This document shows positions 8,682 to 18,179 of a DNA stretch of 47,719 nt, in pieces (within the stretch, counting starts at the first letter, position 1; every line of letters starts with the position of its first letter). The notes beneath the pieces are model-generated. The model did no database searches, was not told the DNA's origin, and worked only from the letters and a program-made list of their open reading frames with translations. The translations under genes and the position numbers were made by a program. The DNA is from Oleiharenicola sp. (GTDB lineage Bacteria; Verrucomicrobiota; Verrucomicrobiia; Opitutales; Opitutaceae), in NCBI GenBank assembly GCA_031390295.1, contig JANMTJ010000177.1:1-47719 (forward strand). Reading direction: 5' to 3'.

Positions 8682-11630
8682 ATGAAGAACTACACTCCCG
8701 CCACGTTCGGGAAGGTTTTGCGTGCAGTCGGCTTGGCCGGCACCGGACTTTCCCTTTGCCTGACTGTCCCCGCCCAGGAGCAAAGTGCCACTAATGAACC
8801 CGACACCGTGACCCTCGAACGCTATGTCGTGACGGGTTCGAACATTCCTTCCACCGAGATGGCCGCCGAAGCTCGCACCTTCCCGGTGCAGACCATTGAC
8901 CGCAAACTGATCGAGCAAAGCGGGGTGTTCAGTACGACGGAGCTGCTGCAGCGCATGTCGCTCTCCAACGGTGGGGGCGTCCCCTTCACCAACAACGCCA
9001 CCGGATTTACTCCCGGGGCAACAGCGCCCTCGTTGCGCGGGCTGGGGCCGGATTACACGCTGACCCTGGTGAACGGCCGGCGGCTTGCCCCGTATCCCGT
9101 CGGCGCCAATGGCACGAGCGCGTTTGTGGACATCAACTCCATCCCGCTGGCCGCCATCGAGCGGATCGAAGTGCTCAAGGACGGCGCCTCGGCCGTCTAT
9201 GGCGCGGATGCGGTCGCCGGAGTCGTAAACATCATCCTGCGCAAGAATTACAATGGGGCGACGGCTTCCGTCGCCTACGGCAACACGACCGAGAAAGATT
9301 CTTCCGACCTCAATGCCTCCGTCATCTGGGGTGCAGGCAGCGACAAGGGCAATGTCATGATCGGGATAAACTTCCAGAGCCGCCAGGCCATCTTCCAGCG
9401 CGACCGGGCCTATTCGGCCGTGCCTCCGTTCCTCAGCTCGAATTCCTCGCCGCCCAACCTGCAGCTCTCGCGCACCGCGGTGGAGCAGGCGCTGGGCCTC
9501 GCTCCGGGTGGAACCATTCCAGGGGTGTCCGCCACCAGCAGCGTTTTCTTTGGCACCACCGGCCCGAACGAACCCGGCACCTTGGTCCCAGCTGCGGGCA
9601 ACCAGAACGCCAACAACAACGGTCTGTTGCCGGCCAGCGCCTACACCTACTCCAGCGGCCGCCGCTCCAGTTACAACTTCAACGAGGCCGCTGGTTCGTT
9701 CCCTGAGACCACCCGCAAGGGCCTTTTCGCATCTTGGGAACGGAAGCTATACTCCGACAACGTCCGTACTTACGGCGACGCCTTCTTCCAGCAAGTTATG
9801 CAGGTCGACGAGCTGGCCCCCTTCGCGACCGGCAATTTTGCCACGCCGGGCCAGACCACGATTGTCATACCCGCCCGCACCCCCAATCCCATACTGACTC
9901 CGGCTGAAATCGCGGACGGCGGTGGGCGCACAGCCGTGACCGGAGCCTACAATCCCTTCAACCCGTTCAATCAGGACATCGCTGGTTCGTCCCGCATCCG
10001 CCTCGCGGAGTTTGGTAATCGCATCTTCAAGAACCGCAATACGGCCCTGGCGGTGACCGGTGGCTTCCGGGTGGACAACATCGCCGACAAGTGGAGCTTC
10101 GACACCAGCATTCGTTTCAGCTCCATCACCAATAACCTTAACGCCAAGCTCATCTCCACCTCGCGGTTCCTTCGGGCGATGAATGAGGCGGATCCGATCT
10201 TCAATCCATCCAGCCCGAGCTACATCGGCACCACCCAGCCGTACAATCCGTTCGGCTATTACCGGAATCCCATCGCCTCAAACACCGCCCCGGTCGCCTT
10301 CGCCACACACTACCAGCGTGACGAAAACACCGCCCGATTGGTCGATGCCGGGGCCACCCTGAGCACGGGCCGCCTGATGGAGATTTCCGGTGGCGATATC
10401 GGCTTTGCCCTGGGCACCGAGTTCTACCGTGAATCCATCACCCAGCTGCCCGATTCGGCCCTGCAATCGGCTGACATCCTCGGCACGGCGCCGTCGTCGC
10501 CGATCGCGCGCCAGCGCAAGATCGGCTCGGTCTTCACCGAATTCGAGGTGCCCTTTGTCACGGACAAAAATGCCGTGTCCGGCGTGCACCGTCTTTCGCT
10601 GAATCTCGCGGCCCGCTACGAGAAGTTCTTCACCAGCAACCGCAGCACCTTTGTGCCCAAGGTCGGTCTCCGCTGGGAACCACTCTCCGATGGCTCCCTG
10701 GTTTTCCGCGGCAGCTACGGCGAAGGCTTCAAGGAACCGTCGCTCTATCAGCTCTACTCACCTCCCGTCGCGGCGTTGACCCCGATCACGGATCCGGCAA
10801 CCGGCGCCAACGAGCCGGAGCAGAACATCACCATCGCGGGCAATCCCCACTTGAATGCCGAGGATTCCAAGTCGGTGAACCTCGGCCTGGTCTGGTCGCC
10901 CAAGGGCGCCCTCGACGGCTTCACCTGGTCGATGGATCTTTGGCAGATCGAACAGAACGGCCAGGTCTCGGCCAACCAGCAGGACGTGGCGGATCGCGCG
11001 GTGGCCGGCCAGCCGCTGATACCCGGCGAGGCCATCATCCGGGATTCCGCCGGGAACCTCATCCAGGTCCGCTCGGTATTCCGCAACCTGGGCGTGACCA
11101 AGGTCAAGGGCCTGGACTTCTCCGCCAGCTACCTGTGGAAGACCGTCAGTTCCGGTCAGTTCGAAACCGGGCTCACCGCCACCTACATGGATTCCTACCG
11201 GAATTCCTCGGATGCAAGCCTGCCGCTGGTCGAGCTCATCGACACCGAGGTGCCCGGCACCGCGGGTGATGATGCTTACCTTAAATGGAAGTCCATCGGC
11301 TATCTGTCCTGGAACCACAAAGGAATCAGTTCCCGTCTGCAGGCCACTTACACCCACGGATTTCAGGACTTCGACGCGGACGGCAACCCGTTCCGGGTGA
11401 AGGCCACCACCGTGTTCGACCTGCAGGTAGCTTATCAGCTCTTCCCCGCCGGCAAGGAGGCCAAGCCCCGCTGGTACACCGATACGAAACTTACCATTGG
11501 CTGCAACAACCTCTTCGACAAGGCGCCGCCGTTTGCCTCCAGCTTCGCCAATAACTCCAACGGCTATCCCGGTTTCATCTACAACGCCACCGGCCGCTTT
11601 GTCTACTTCGGGATCGAGAAGAAGCTCTGA
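8682..11630 (+). CDS. TonB-dependent receptor
   Basis: Signal peptide, TonB-box-like LERYVVTGS, plug motifs LRGLG...TLTLVNGRR and IERIEVLKDGASAVYGADAVAGVVNIIL, C-terminal NNLFD...GRFVYFGIEKKL beta-signal. Confidence 0.95.
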   Translation: MKNYTPATFGKVLRAVGLAGTGLSLCLTVPAQEQSATNEPDTVTLERYVVTGSNIPSTEMAAEARTFPVQTIDRKLIEQSGVFSTTELLQRMSLSNGGGVPFTNNATGFTPGATAPSLRGLGPDYTLTLVNGRRLAPYPVGANGTSAFVDINSIPLAAIERIEVLKDGASAVYGADAVAGVVNIILRKNYNGATASVAYGNTTEKDSSDLNASVIWGAGSDKGNVMIGINFQSRQAIFQRDRAYSAVPPFLSSNSSPPNLQLSRTAVEQALGLAPGGTIPGVSATSSVFFGTTGPNEPGTLVPAAGNQNANNNGLLPASAYTYSSGRRSSYNFNEAAGSFPETTRKGLFASWERKLYSDNVRTYGDAFFQQVMQVDELAPFATGNFATPGQTTIVIPARTPNPILTPAEIADGGGRTAVTGAYNPFNPFNQDIAGSSRIRLAEFGNRIFKNRNTALAVTGGFRVDNIADKWSFDTSIRFSSITNNLNAKLISTSRFLRAMNEADPIFNPSSPSYIGTTQPYNPFGYYRNPIASNTAPVAFATHYQRDENTARLVDAGATLSTGRLMEISGGDIGFALGTEFYRESITQLPDSALQSADILGTAPSSPIARQRKIGSVFTEFEVPFVTDKNAVSGVHRLSLNLAARYEKFFTSNRSTFVPKVGLRWEPLSDGSLVFRGSYGEGFKEPSLYQLYSPPVAALTPITDPATGANEPEQNITIAGNPHLNAEDSKSVNLGLVWSPKGALDGFTWSMDLWQIEQNGQVSANQQDVADRAVAGQPLIPGEAIIRDSAGNLIQVRSVFRNLGVTKVKGLDFSASYLWKTVSSGQFETGLTATYMDSYRNSSDASLPLVELIDTEVPGTAGDDAYLKWKSIGYLSWNHKGISSRLQATYTHGFQDFDADGNPFRVKATTVFDLQVAYQLFPAGKEAKPRWYTDTKLTIGCNNLFDKAPPFASSFANNSNGYPGFIYNATGRFVYFGIEKKL

Positions 11631-11653
11631 CCTCGCCCCGGCCATTATTATTC

Positions 11654-11682
11654 GGCGCGCCTGCTAAAACAGGCGCGCCTTT
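11654..11682 (+). terminator. Hairpin/likely terminator between convergent TBDR and LytTR genes
   Basis: GGCGCGCCTG-ctaaaa-CAGGCGCGCC perfect 10-bp stem followed by TTT. Confidence 0.6.
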
Positions 11683-11706
11683 CCCTTGCGCGGGACGGAG
11701 CGGAGT

Positions 11707-12522
11707 TCAGAGGTGCGCCTTGAGTTCGTGCACAAAAGTGCGGCTCACGCGCAGTTTCATGCCGCTCGTCAGTTCGACGCTGTATTCGCCGTAGAGTGCC
11801 GGACCGGTCTTCTTCATGTGCCGGAGGTTGACGATCGTCGAGCGGTGGATGCGCACGAAGTGTTTGGGGTCGAGCTTCTCCATCATCTTCTGGAGCGACA
11901 TCCGCACAAAGCGCGACTTGTCGGTCGAATGGAGCCGCACGTAGTCACCGTCGGACTCGATCCAGAGAATGTCGTCCGGCGAAAGCATGTGAATCTCGCC
12001 GTCGCACCGGATGAAGAGCCGGCGGTCATCCTCGTGCGGCCGGGCGGCGGCAAGGCCCTCGGCGGTGGCGCCCCGGGCCTTGAGCCGCTGCAGGGCACCC
12101 ATGATGTCATCAAGCCGCTTGCTGAGATCATGCTGGTCGCGGTTGCGGACGGCGAATTTCGCCCGGTTGAGCGCGTCCGTGAAGCGGGCGCGATTGAAGG
12201 GCTTGAGCACGTAATCGACCGCATGGACCTCGAAGGCCTGCAAGGCGAACTGATCGTGCGCGGTGACAAACACCACCTGCGGCAGGGAAACGGGCGGAAG
12301 CTTGGCCAGCACCTCAAAGCCGGAGATGCCGGGCATCTGTACATCCAGGAACAGCAGATCGGGTTGCTGCTGCTTGATGGCTTCGAGTGCCTGCGGGCCG
12401 TTGCCGAACTGCGCGATGATCTGGATGTCGGGGTCGGGCCGCAGCAACGCCTCGACATTTTGCCGGGCCAGGACCTCGTCGTCGACGATCATGGTGCGGA
12501 TGATGGTGGCGGTCGCGGTCAT
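11707..12522 (-). CDS. LytTR-family response regulator
   Basis: IVDDE, LFLDVQMP, FVTAHD, DYVLKP receiver motifs; LytTR domain WIESDGDYV...FVRIHRSTIVN...LRVSR. Confidence 0.95.
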   Translation of the reverse strand: MTATATIIRTMIVDDEVLARQNVEALLRPDPDIQIIAQFGNGPQALEAIKQQQPDLLFLDVQMPGISGFEVLAKLPPVSLPQVVFVTAHDQFALQAFEVHAVDYVLKPFNRARFTDALNRAKFAVRNRDQHDLSKRLDDIMGALQRLKARGATAEGLAAARPHEDDRRLFIRCDGEIHMLSPDDILWIESDGDYVRLHSTDKSRFVRMSLQKMMEKLDPKHFVRIHRSTIVNLRHMKKTGPALYGEYSVELTSGMKLRVSRTFVHELKAHL

Positions 12523-13646
12523 TGGGCGGAGGCCAGCGTGAATGGCAGGGTTATGCGCGCCATGACACCCCGGGGCGGCTGGTCGCGCAATTCGAACTTT
12601 GCCTCATCTTCATAAAGCATGTGCAGCCGGGCGCGGGTATTTTGCACCCCGATGCCCGAGCCGCTGACCAGCTCATCCCGCGGCAGCGCGGGTCCGTCAT
12701 TGTAGACGGTCAGCACCAGCCGGGACTTCTCCCGGCGGGCGCTGACCCGCAGCAACCGGGCCGAGGGATCGCGCGAGATACCGTGCTTCATGGCGTTCTC
12801 CGCCAGCGGCTGCAGCATCAGGCAGGGCACCAAGGCGGACCGGCAGTCGGGACTGATGTCGTATTCGACCTCCAGCCGGTCCTGGAACCTGACCCGCTCG
12901 ATCTCGAAGTAGCGCCGCAAAAATTCCAACTCCCGCTCGAGTGTGTCCATGGCCTCCTGCCGGTGCTCCAAGGCCCGGCGCAACAGCTCGCCCAGCCCGG
13001 CGACAACCTCCTCCGCCTCCCGCGAACGGTCATTACGGATGAGGCTCGTGATGGAATTCAGGGTGTTGAAGAGAAAATGGGGGTGCAACTGCATCTTCAG
13101 GGCGTCAAGGCTGGCCCGCACCAACCGGGTTTCCAGCCGGGCGTTGGCCACCCGCAGCTCGCTGGTGAGCAACTGCCCCACCCGCCACTGGCGGTAGAAG
13201 CCCACGGCGTAGAGTGCGAAAATCATCGTGCAGTAAATCAGCAGCGGCGTGTAATCCCAGCGGCCCACGGCCCTCAAATCATGGATGATGACGGGCAGAA
13301 ACGACCACGGCAGGTGATTCGCCAGCATCAGCCGCGTGGCCTCGATGATGATGAAGAGACCGGTGATCAACACGGCCATCAACCCGTGCAGCAACAGGGC
13401 CAGCGGCCAGCGGCGCTCCGGCAGCGTCAGCTGGACTTGCAGCCAGAGAATCAGTGGCGCCAGAAACCACCACATCACGCTGACCGGCCACAGGCGCAGC
13501 GCGGTGCCGCGGAACGATGCTTCCGGCGCGCCACTCAGCCACGAGCGGGCATCCCACAGCAGCGCCCCGGCCAGCACGACCGTGCCCGCCAGCCAGAGCC
13601 CGCCCCAGAAGCGCCAGTCACGCAGATAGGCTTTGTCCTGGCTCAT
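12519..13646 (-). CDS. LytS/YehU-family sensor histidine kinase
   Basis: About 4 TM segments with short loops, QLHPHFLFNTLN H-box, LQPLAENAMKHG, GIGVQNTRARL; 4-bp overlaps with both neighbours. Confidence 0.93.
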   Translation of the reverse strand: MSQDKAYLRDWRFWGGLWLAGTVVLAGALLWDARSWLSGAPEASFRGTALRLWPVSVMWWFLAPLILWLQVQLTLPERRWPLALLLHGLMAVLITGLFIIIEATRLMLANHLPWSFLPVIIHDLRAVGRWDYTPLLIYCTMIFALYAVGFYRQWRVGQLLTSELRVANARLETRLVRASLDALKMQLHPHFLFNTLNSITSLIRNDRSREAEEVVAGLGELLRRALEHRQEAMDTLERELEFLRRYFEIERVRFQDRLEVEYDISPDCRSALVPCLMLQPLAENAMKHGISRDPSARLLRVSARREKSRLVLTVYNDGPALPRDELVSGSGIGVQNTRARLHMLYEDEAKFELRDQPPRGVMARITLPFTLASAQ

Positions 13647-15301
13647 AATGACCTCCGCTCCGTCGTGCCTTCCACCGGCATGGCCCGGATGCAAAGATGC
13701 TTGAGGGACTGGCGCCCCAGCGGGTCGGCATACCACCCGCCCACCTCGATCGCCAGCAGGGTGCGACGCTGGTCAAACATCATCGGGATGGTCGGTACTT
13801 CGGCCATGACGATACGCTCGGCCTGTTCCAGCAAGGCCAGTCGTTCCATACCCGACTTTCTGTCCGCCTTGGCCAGGAGCTGGTTCACCTCGGGATTCTC
13901 CCAGCGCGTTGCATTGTAGACACCGGGCAGGGCGAAAGTGGCGAGCATGTCGCCGGCATCGGGCACCGTGGCCAGCAATCCGTTGTGGTAAACGTCGTAG
14001 TCACCCGAGGTCATGCGCTCCTTGCGCGCCGATTCCTTTTCATAGGCCAGATAGGTGCGGATGCCAAGCTCGCGATACCAGCGGTCCGTCCATTCCTGCA
14101 GGTAAGTATAGCCTTTCCAAGCGGGCGCCACCGGCATCACCAGCACGGGAAATCCCCGCCCATCCGGATAGCCCGCCTCGGCCAGCAAGCGGCGGGCCTC
14201 GCCGGCATCCTCGTGCAACAGCGACAATCCCGGCCGGCCGGGCATGTCCGGCACCCACGCAAAGGCGGGGACAAAGTTTTCGCGGTCCTCGTTCTGGATC
14301 GATCCGGCCCGGTCCAGCGCGAGGGACAACGCCCGCCTCACCCGCGGATCCCGCAGCGGACCACGGGTGACGTTGAGATCAAGCGTGCTCACGCTCAGGG
14401 CCAGCTCGCTCTCCTCGGAGAAGCACCGGTTGGTGGGCAGCCGGGCCGCCTCCTGGCCGGGGATGGGCGACAGCACATCGACCTGTCCGGCGGCGGCCAG
14501 CAATTGCCCCATGTTCATGTTGCCCACCCGGATGAAACGCACCCCGGCCAGCTTGAGTCCCGTCCGGTCGCGATAATGCGGGCAGGCCCGCAACTCGTAA
14601 CCGTCGGCCCGCGCCTGTTCCAACTGGAAGGCCCCGTTGGTCACGAGTTTTTCCGGGTGGGTCCAGTAAGCCTTGGCCTGAAGCACGGCCTCCATGGATT
14701 CATGCACGGGGGCAAACAGCGGATCGGCCAACTCAGCCAGGAGCGTCGAGCGGATCCCCGCCAGGGTGAGACGCAACGTCCGGTCGTCCACGGCCTCCAC
14801 CCCGAGATGTTCATCGCCCTGCATCCTGCCGCGATGCAGCGCCTCGGCATTCCTGAGTGGAAACAAAACCGAGGCCGTTTCCAGTGGCTGGTGCAGCAGT
14901 CGCCGCCACGCGCGGACAAAATCCCGGGCGGTCACCGGCTCGCCGTTGCTCCAACGTCCCTCGGGACGAAGTTTCACCGTGAGCGTGAGACGGTCGTCCG
15001 ACCATTGCCAGCTCTCGGCGGCGGCCGGTCGCGGCTGACCGGTGGCGGGATCGCATTCGATCAGCGGCTCCCAGAGGCTGAGAATGAACTGGTTTTGCAA
15101 CGGCAGGGGTTGCGCACGCTGATGCGGATCGGGCTGCAGATTCTGCGTGTAGGCGATCCGGAGGAGGTTCTCCTCCCCCGGGGCTCGCGGGAGAACCGGC
15201 AGTCCGCGGCGCGGACCCAGGAAAATGGCCAGCATGAACGCCCCCACGCCGCACATAGCCAAGGTGATCCACCAGTGTTTTAGGGAGGGGGTCGTCGTCA
15301 T
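13643..15301 (-). CDS. OppA/DppA-like (SBP family 5) solute-binding protein, membrane anchored
   Basis: AAESWQWSDD, WSNGEPVTARDFV, VTNGAF, DPRVRRALSLALDR, ARRLLAEAGYPDG motifs; N-terminal hydrophobic anchor. Confidence 0.9.
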   Translation of the reverse strand: MTTTPSLKHWWITLAMCGVGAFMLAIFLGPRRGLPVLPRAPGEENLLRIAYTQNLQPDPHQRAQPLPLQNQFILSLWEPLIECDPATGQPRPAAAESWQWSDDRLTLTVKLRPEGRWSNGEPVTARDFVRAWRRLLHQPLETASVLFPLRNAEALHRGRMQGDEHLGVEAVDDRTLRLTLAGIRSTLLAELADPLFAPVHESMEAVLQAKAYWTHPEKLVTNGAFQLEQARADGYELRACPHYRDRTGLKLAGVRFIRVGNMNMGQLLAAAGQVDVLSPIPGQEAARLPTNRCFSEESELALSVSTLDLNVTRGPLRDPRVRRALSLALDRAGSIQNEDRENFVPAFAWVPDMPGRPGLSLLHEDAGEARRLLAEAGYPDGRGFPVLVMPVAPAWKGYTYLQEWTDRWYRELGIRTYLAYEKESARKERMTSGDYDVYHNGLLATVPDAGDMLATFALPGVYNATRWENPEVNQLLAKADRKSGMERLALLEQAERIVMAEVPTIPMMFDQRRTLLAIEVGGWYADPLGRQSLKHLCIRAMPVEGTTERRSL

Positions 15302-15404
15302 CAGGTTGCAGTTGAAGCGGTCCGTTTGGACATCCTCCCAACGTTCAGCCGGCCAGCGGGTAAATTGCGACGAAACGCCAGATTTTCGCGCCGAATCGCA
15401 GGAT

Positions 15405-16631
15405 TCAGGCCTTGGGGCCGCCTTGGGCGAAATAGCGCGCCCGCAGCCGCAGGCCGTTCAGACGGATGAAGCCCGTGGAGTCGCTCTGGTTGTACCACGA
15501 CTTCACCCCCTCCATGGAGGCGATGTTCATGTCATAGAGCGAGTACTTCGACTTCCGGCCACAGGTGATGATGTTGCCCTTGTAGAGCTTGAGGCGGACC
15601 GTGCCGGTGACGTGCTTCTGCGATTCGTCCACGAGCGCCTGCAGGGCCTCACGCTCGGGCGCGAACCAGAACCCATAGTAAACCAGCTCGGCGTATTTCG
15701 GAATGAGCGAGTCGCGCAGGTGCATGACCTCGCGGTCCATCGTGAGCGATTCGACCTGGCGGTGGCCCTGCATGAGGATGGTGCCGCCGGGCGTCTCGTA
15801 AACCCCGCGGGACTTCATGCCGACAAAGCGGTTCTCGACCAGATCGACGCGGCCGATGCCGTGTTTGCCGCCAAGTTTATTCAGGGCCTTCAACACGCCG
15901 GCCGGCGAGAGTTTTTTGCCGTTCACGGCGACACAGTTGCCCTGGAGAAAATCCAGTTCGACGTATTCCGGCTTGTTGGGGGCGTCTTCCGGGGAGACCG
16001 AGAGCTTGAACATGCCCTTGTTCGCCTTGGTTGTCGGGTCAAACCACGGGTCTTCGAGGATGCCGGCCTCGTAGGAAATGTGCAGGAGATTGCGGTCCAT
16101 CGAATAGGGCTTCTTGAGCGAGGCCTCGACGGGGATGCGATGCTTGCGGCAATACTCGATCATCTCGGCCCGGCCGGGAAATTCCTCCCGGAATTTCTCG
16201 ATCTTCCATGGCGCCAGGATGGTGAGCCGCGGATTGAGCGCCATGTAGGTGAGCTCGAAGCGGCATTGGTCATTGCCCTTGCCGGTGGCGCCGTGCGCGA
16301 CGGTGTCGGCCTTTTCTTTTTTAGCGATGGCGACCTGGGCCTTGGCGATGAGGGGGCGCGCAATCGAGGTGCCGAGATAATACTGGCCCTCATAAATCGC
16401 ATTGGCCCGGACCATGGGATAGATGAAATCCCGGGCGAACTCCTCGACCAAATCGAGGGTGTAATGCTTGGTCGCACCCGTTTTCCTCGCCTTGGCGGGC
16501 AGACCTTTAAGCTCCTCTTCCTGGCCGATATCGGCGGCAAAAGTGACGATTTCCGCGTCGTAGGTTTCCTTAAGCCATTGGACGATGACCGAGGTGTCGA
16601 GACCACCCGAGTAGGCGAGAACGATCTTCAT
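15405..16631 (-). CDS. argG: Argininosuccinate synthase
   Basis: [53 protein letters not shown]. Confidence 0.98.
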   Translation of the reverse strand: MKIVLAYSGGLDTSVIVQWLKETYDAEIVTFAADIGQEEELKGLPAKARKTGATKHYTLDLVEEFARDFIYPMVRANAIYEGQYYLGTSIARPLIAKAQVAIAKKEKADTVAHGATGKGNDQCRFELTYMALNPRLTILAPWKIEKFREEFPGRAEMIEYCRKHRIPVEASLKKPYSMDRNLLHISYEAGILEDPWFDPTTKANKGMFKLSVSPEDAPNKPEYVELDFLQGNCVAVNGKKLSPAGVLKALNKLGGKHGIGRVDLVENRFVGMKSRGVYETPGGTILMQGHRQVESLTMDREVMHLRDSLIPKYAELVYYGFWFAPEREALQALVDESQKHVTGTVRLKLYKGNIITCGRKSKYSLYDMNIASMEGVKSWYNQSDSTGFIRLNGLRLRARYFAQGGPKA

Positions 16632-16752
16632 GATGACTTGGCAGTGTTGGCGATGACCTCCCGTGCGCAAAGTAAAAATCGCGTATTACACCCTGCGCAG
16701 GTTCAGCTGTATTGCATTTGGCCCGATACACTGCGACGCTGGCACCAGCCCC

Positions 16753-17238
16753 ATGAGCAACGCACGCCATCGGCCCGGCCTTGCCCTCCCCCACGGTTTC
16801 ACACTGGTGGAGATCATGGTCGTCGTCGTTATCATCGGCTTGCTGGCGGCATTGGCCATCCCTGCGTTTCAACGCAATCAGCGTGCTTCGCAAAATGCGC
16901 GGGCGATAAATGATTTCCGCATCTTCGTGCAGGCGTTTGAGGTGTATAACACGCAGACCGGCACGTGGCCCGCGAACACGGGTGCGGGAGTCGTGCCGGC
17001 GGGAATGAGCGGTGACTTCAAGCAGGACGCCTGGACCGCCAACCCAAACACCTTGGGCGGGCGCTGGAACTGGGACTACAGCCGGCCGGAATTTCTGGCA
17101 GGCATCTCCGTTTCCAACTTCACCGTGACGGATGCCCAGCTGCTGGAGATTGATGCCAAGCTTGATGATGGCAATCTCACCACGGGATTTTTCCGGAAAA
17201 TCACCTCCAACCGGGTGAGCTATATCATTGAGCCGTAA
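16753..17238 (+). CDS. Prepilin-type N-terminal cleavage/methylation protein (pilin/pseudopilin)
   Basis: G|FTLVEIMVVVVIIGLLAALAIP type IV pilin N-terminal motif. Confidence 0.9.
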   Translation: MSNARHRPGLALPHGFTLVEIMVVVVIIGLLAALAIPAFQRNQRASQNARAINDFRIFVQAFEVYNTQTGTWPANTGAGVVPAGMSGDFKQDAWTANPNTLGGRWNWDYSRPEFLAGISVSNFTVTDAQLLEIDAKLDDGNLTTGFFRKITSNRVSYIIEP

Positions 17239-17243
17239 ATGGG

Positions 17244-18179
17244 CTAGCCCCGCACCTGGGCCAGCTTGGCCAGAATGGCTTTCTGCGCGTGAAGCCGGTT
17301 TTCCGCCTCGTCGAAGATGACACAGCGGGGATTATCCAAGACCTCCTGGGTCACTTCCTCTCCCGCATGCGCCGGCAGGCAGTGCATGAACAGGGCGTCC
17401 TTCTTCGCGGCGCCAAAAAGTTTTTTCGTCACCTGAAAGGGCAGCAACTGCCGGGTGCGCTCGGCGGCCTCCTTCTCCTGCCCCATGCTGGTCCACACAT
17501 CAGTGTAAACGACATCGGCGCCGGCCACGGCCTCGTAGGGATCCGTGGTGAACTGGAAGCCACCTCCGAGCTTTTTCACGTCGGCCCGGATGGCCGCACC
17601 CGGCTCGTACCCCTTCGGTCCGGCCAGCGAAATCTTCATGCCGAACAGATTGGCGCCGAGGATCCACGAATTGGCCATGTTGAAGCGCGTGTCGCCCAGG
17701 AACGCGATCTTGCGTCCCTTGAGCGCCGCCAGCAGGTCGCCCTGGGGCCCGGCCCAGCGTTCCGCCGCCGTGAACGCATCGGCATAAATCTGACACGGAT
17801 GCAGGTAATCGGTCAGGGCGTTGATCACGGGCAGGCCCCCGTGCCCCGCCAGCTCTTCCAAGTCCTTCTGCGCGTAGGTGCGCACGATGAGACCATGCAC
17901 GAAGCGCGCCAGCACCTTGGCCGTGTCGGAGATGGTCTCACCCCGGCCGATCTGAATGTCGTTGGTATTGAGAAAGAGCGGGTTGCCGCCGAGTTCGTGG
18001 ATCGCCACCTCAAACGACACGCGGGTGCGGGTGCTCGACTTGGCGAAAACCATCGCCCAGGTCTGCCCGGCGAGCAGCTTCAGGCGTTTGCCCCGCTTCC
18101 GTTTCAGGTCGCGGGCCAGGTCAAAGATCTCGGCCACCTCGGCGCGGGAGAAATCGGTCTCTTTGAGAAAATGCCTCAT
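17244..18179 (-). CDS. argF: Ornithine carbamoyltransferase
   Basis: KSSTRTRVSF, HPCQ, YTDVWTSMG, FMHCLP, AENRLH motifs. Confidence 0.96.
   Translation of the reverse strand: MRHFLKETDFSRAEVAEIFDLARDLKRKRGKRLKLLAGQTWAMVFAKSSTRTRVSFEVAIHELGGNPLFLNTNDIQIGRGETISDTAKVLARFVHGLIVRTYAQKDLEELAGHGGLPVINALTDYLHPCQIYADAFTAAERWAGPQGDLLAALKGRKIAFLGDTRFNMANSWILGANLFGMKISLAGPKGYEPGAAIRADVKKLGGGFQFTTDPYEAVAGADVVYTDVWTSMGQEKEAAERTRQLLPFQVTKKLFGAAKKDALFMHCLPAHAGEEVTQEVLDNPRCVIFDEAENRLHAQKAILAKLAQVRG

Noticed and set aside
12522-16913. Long + strand ORFs (465, 528, 562 aa), and similar ones at 21443-23086, 39665-41500 and 29072-30520
   Set aside because: All lie antisense to well-supported genes and have shadow-ORF composition.
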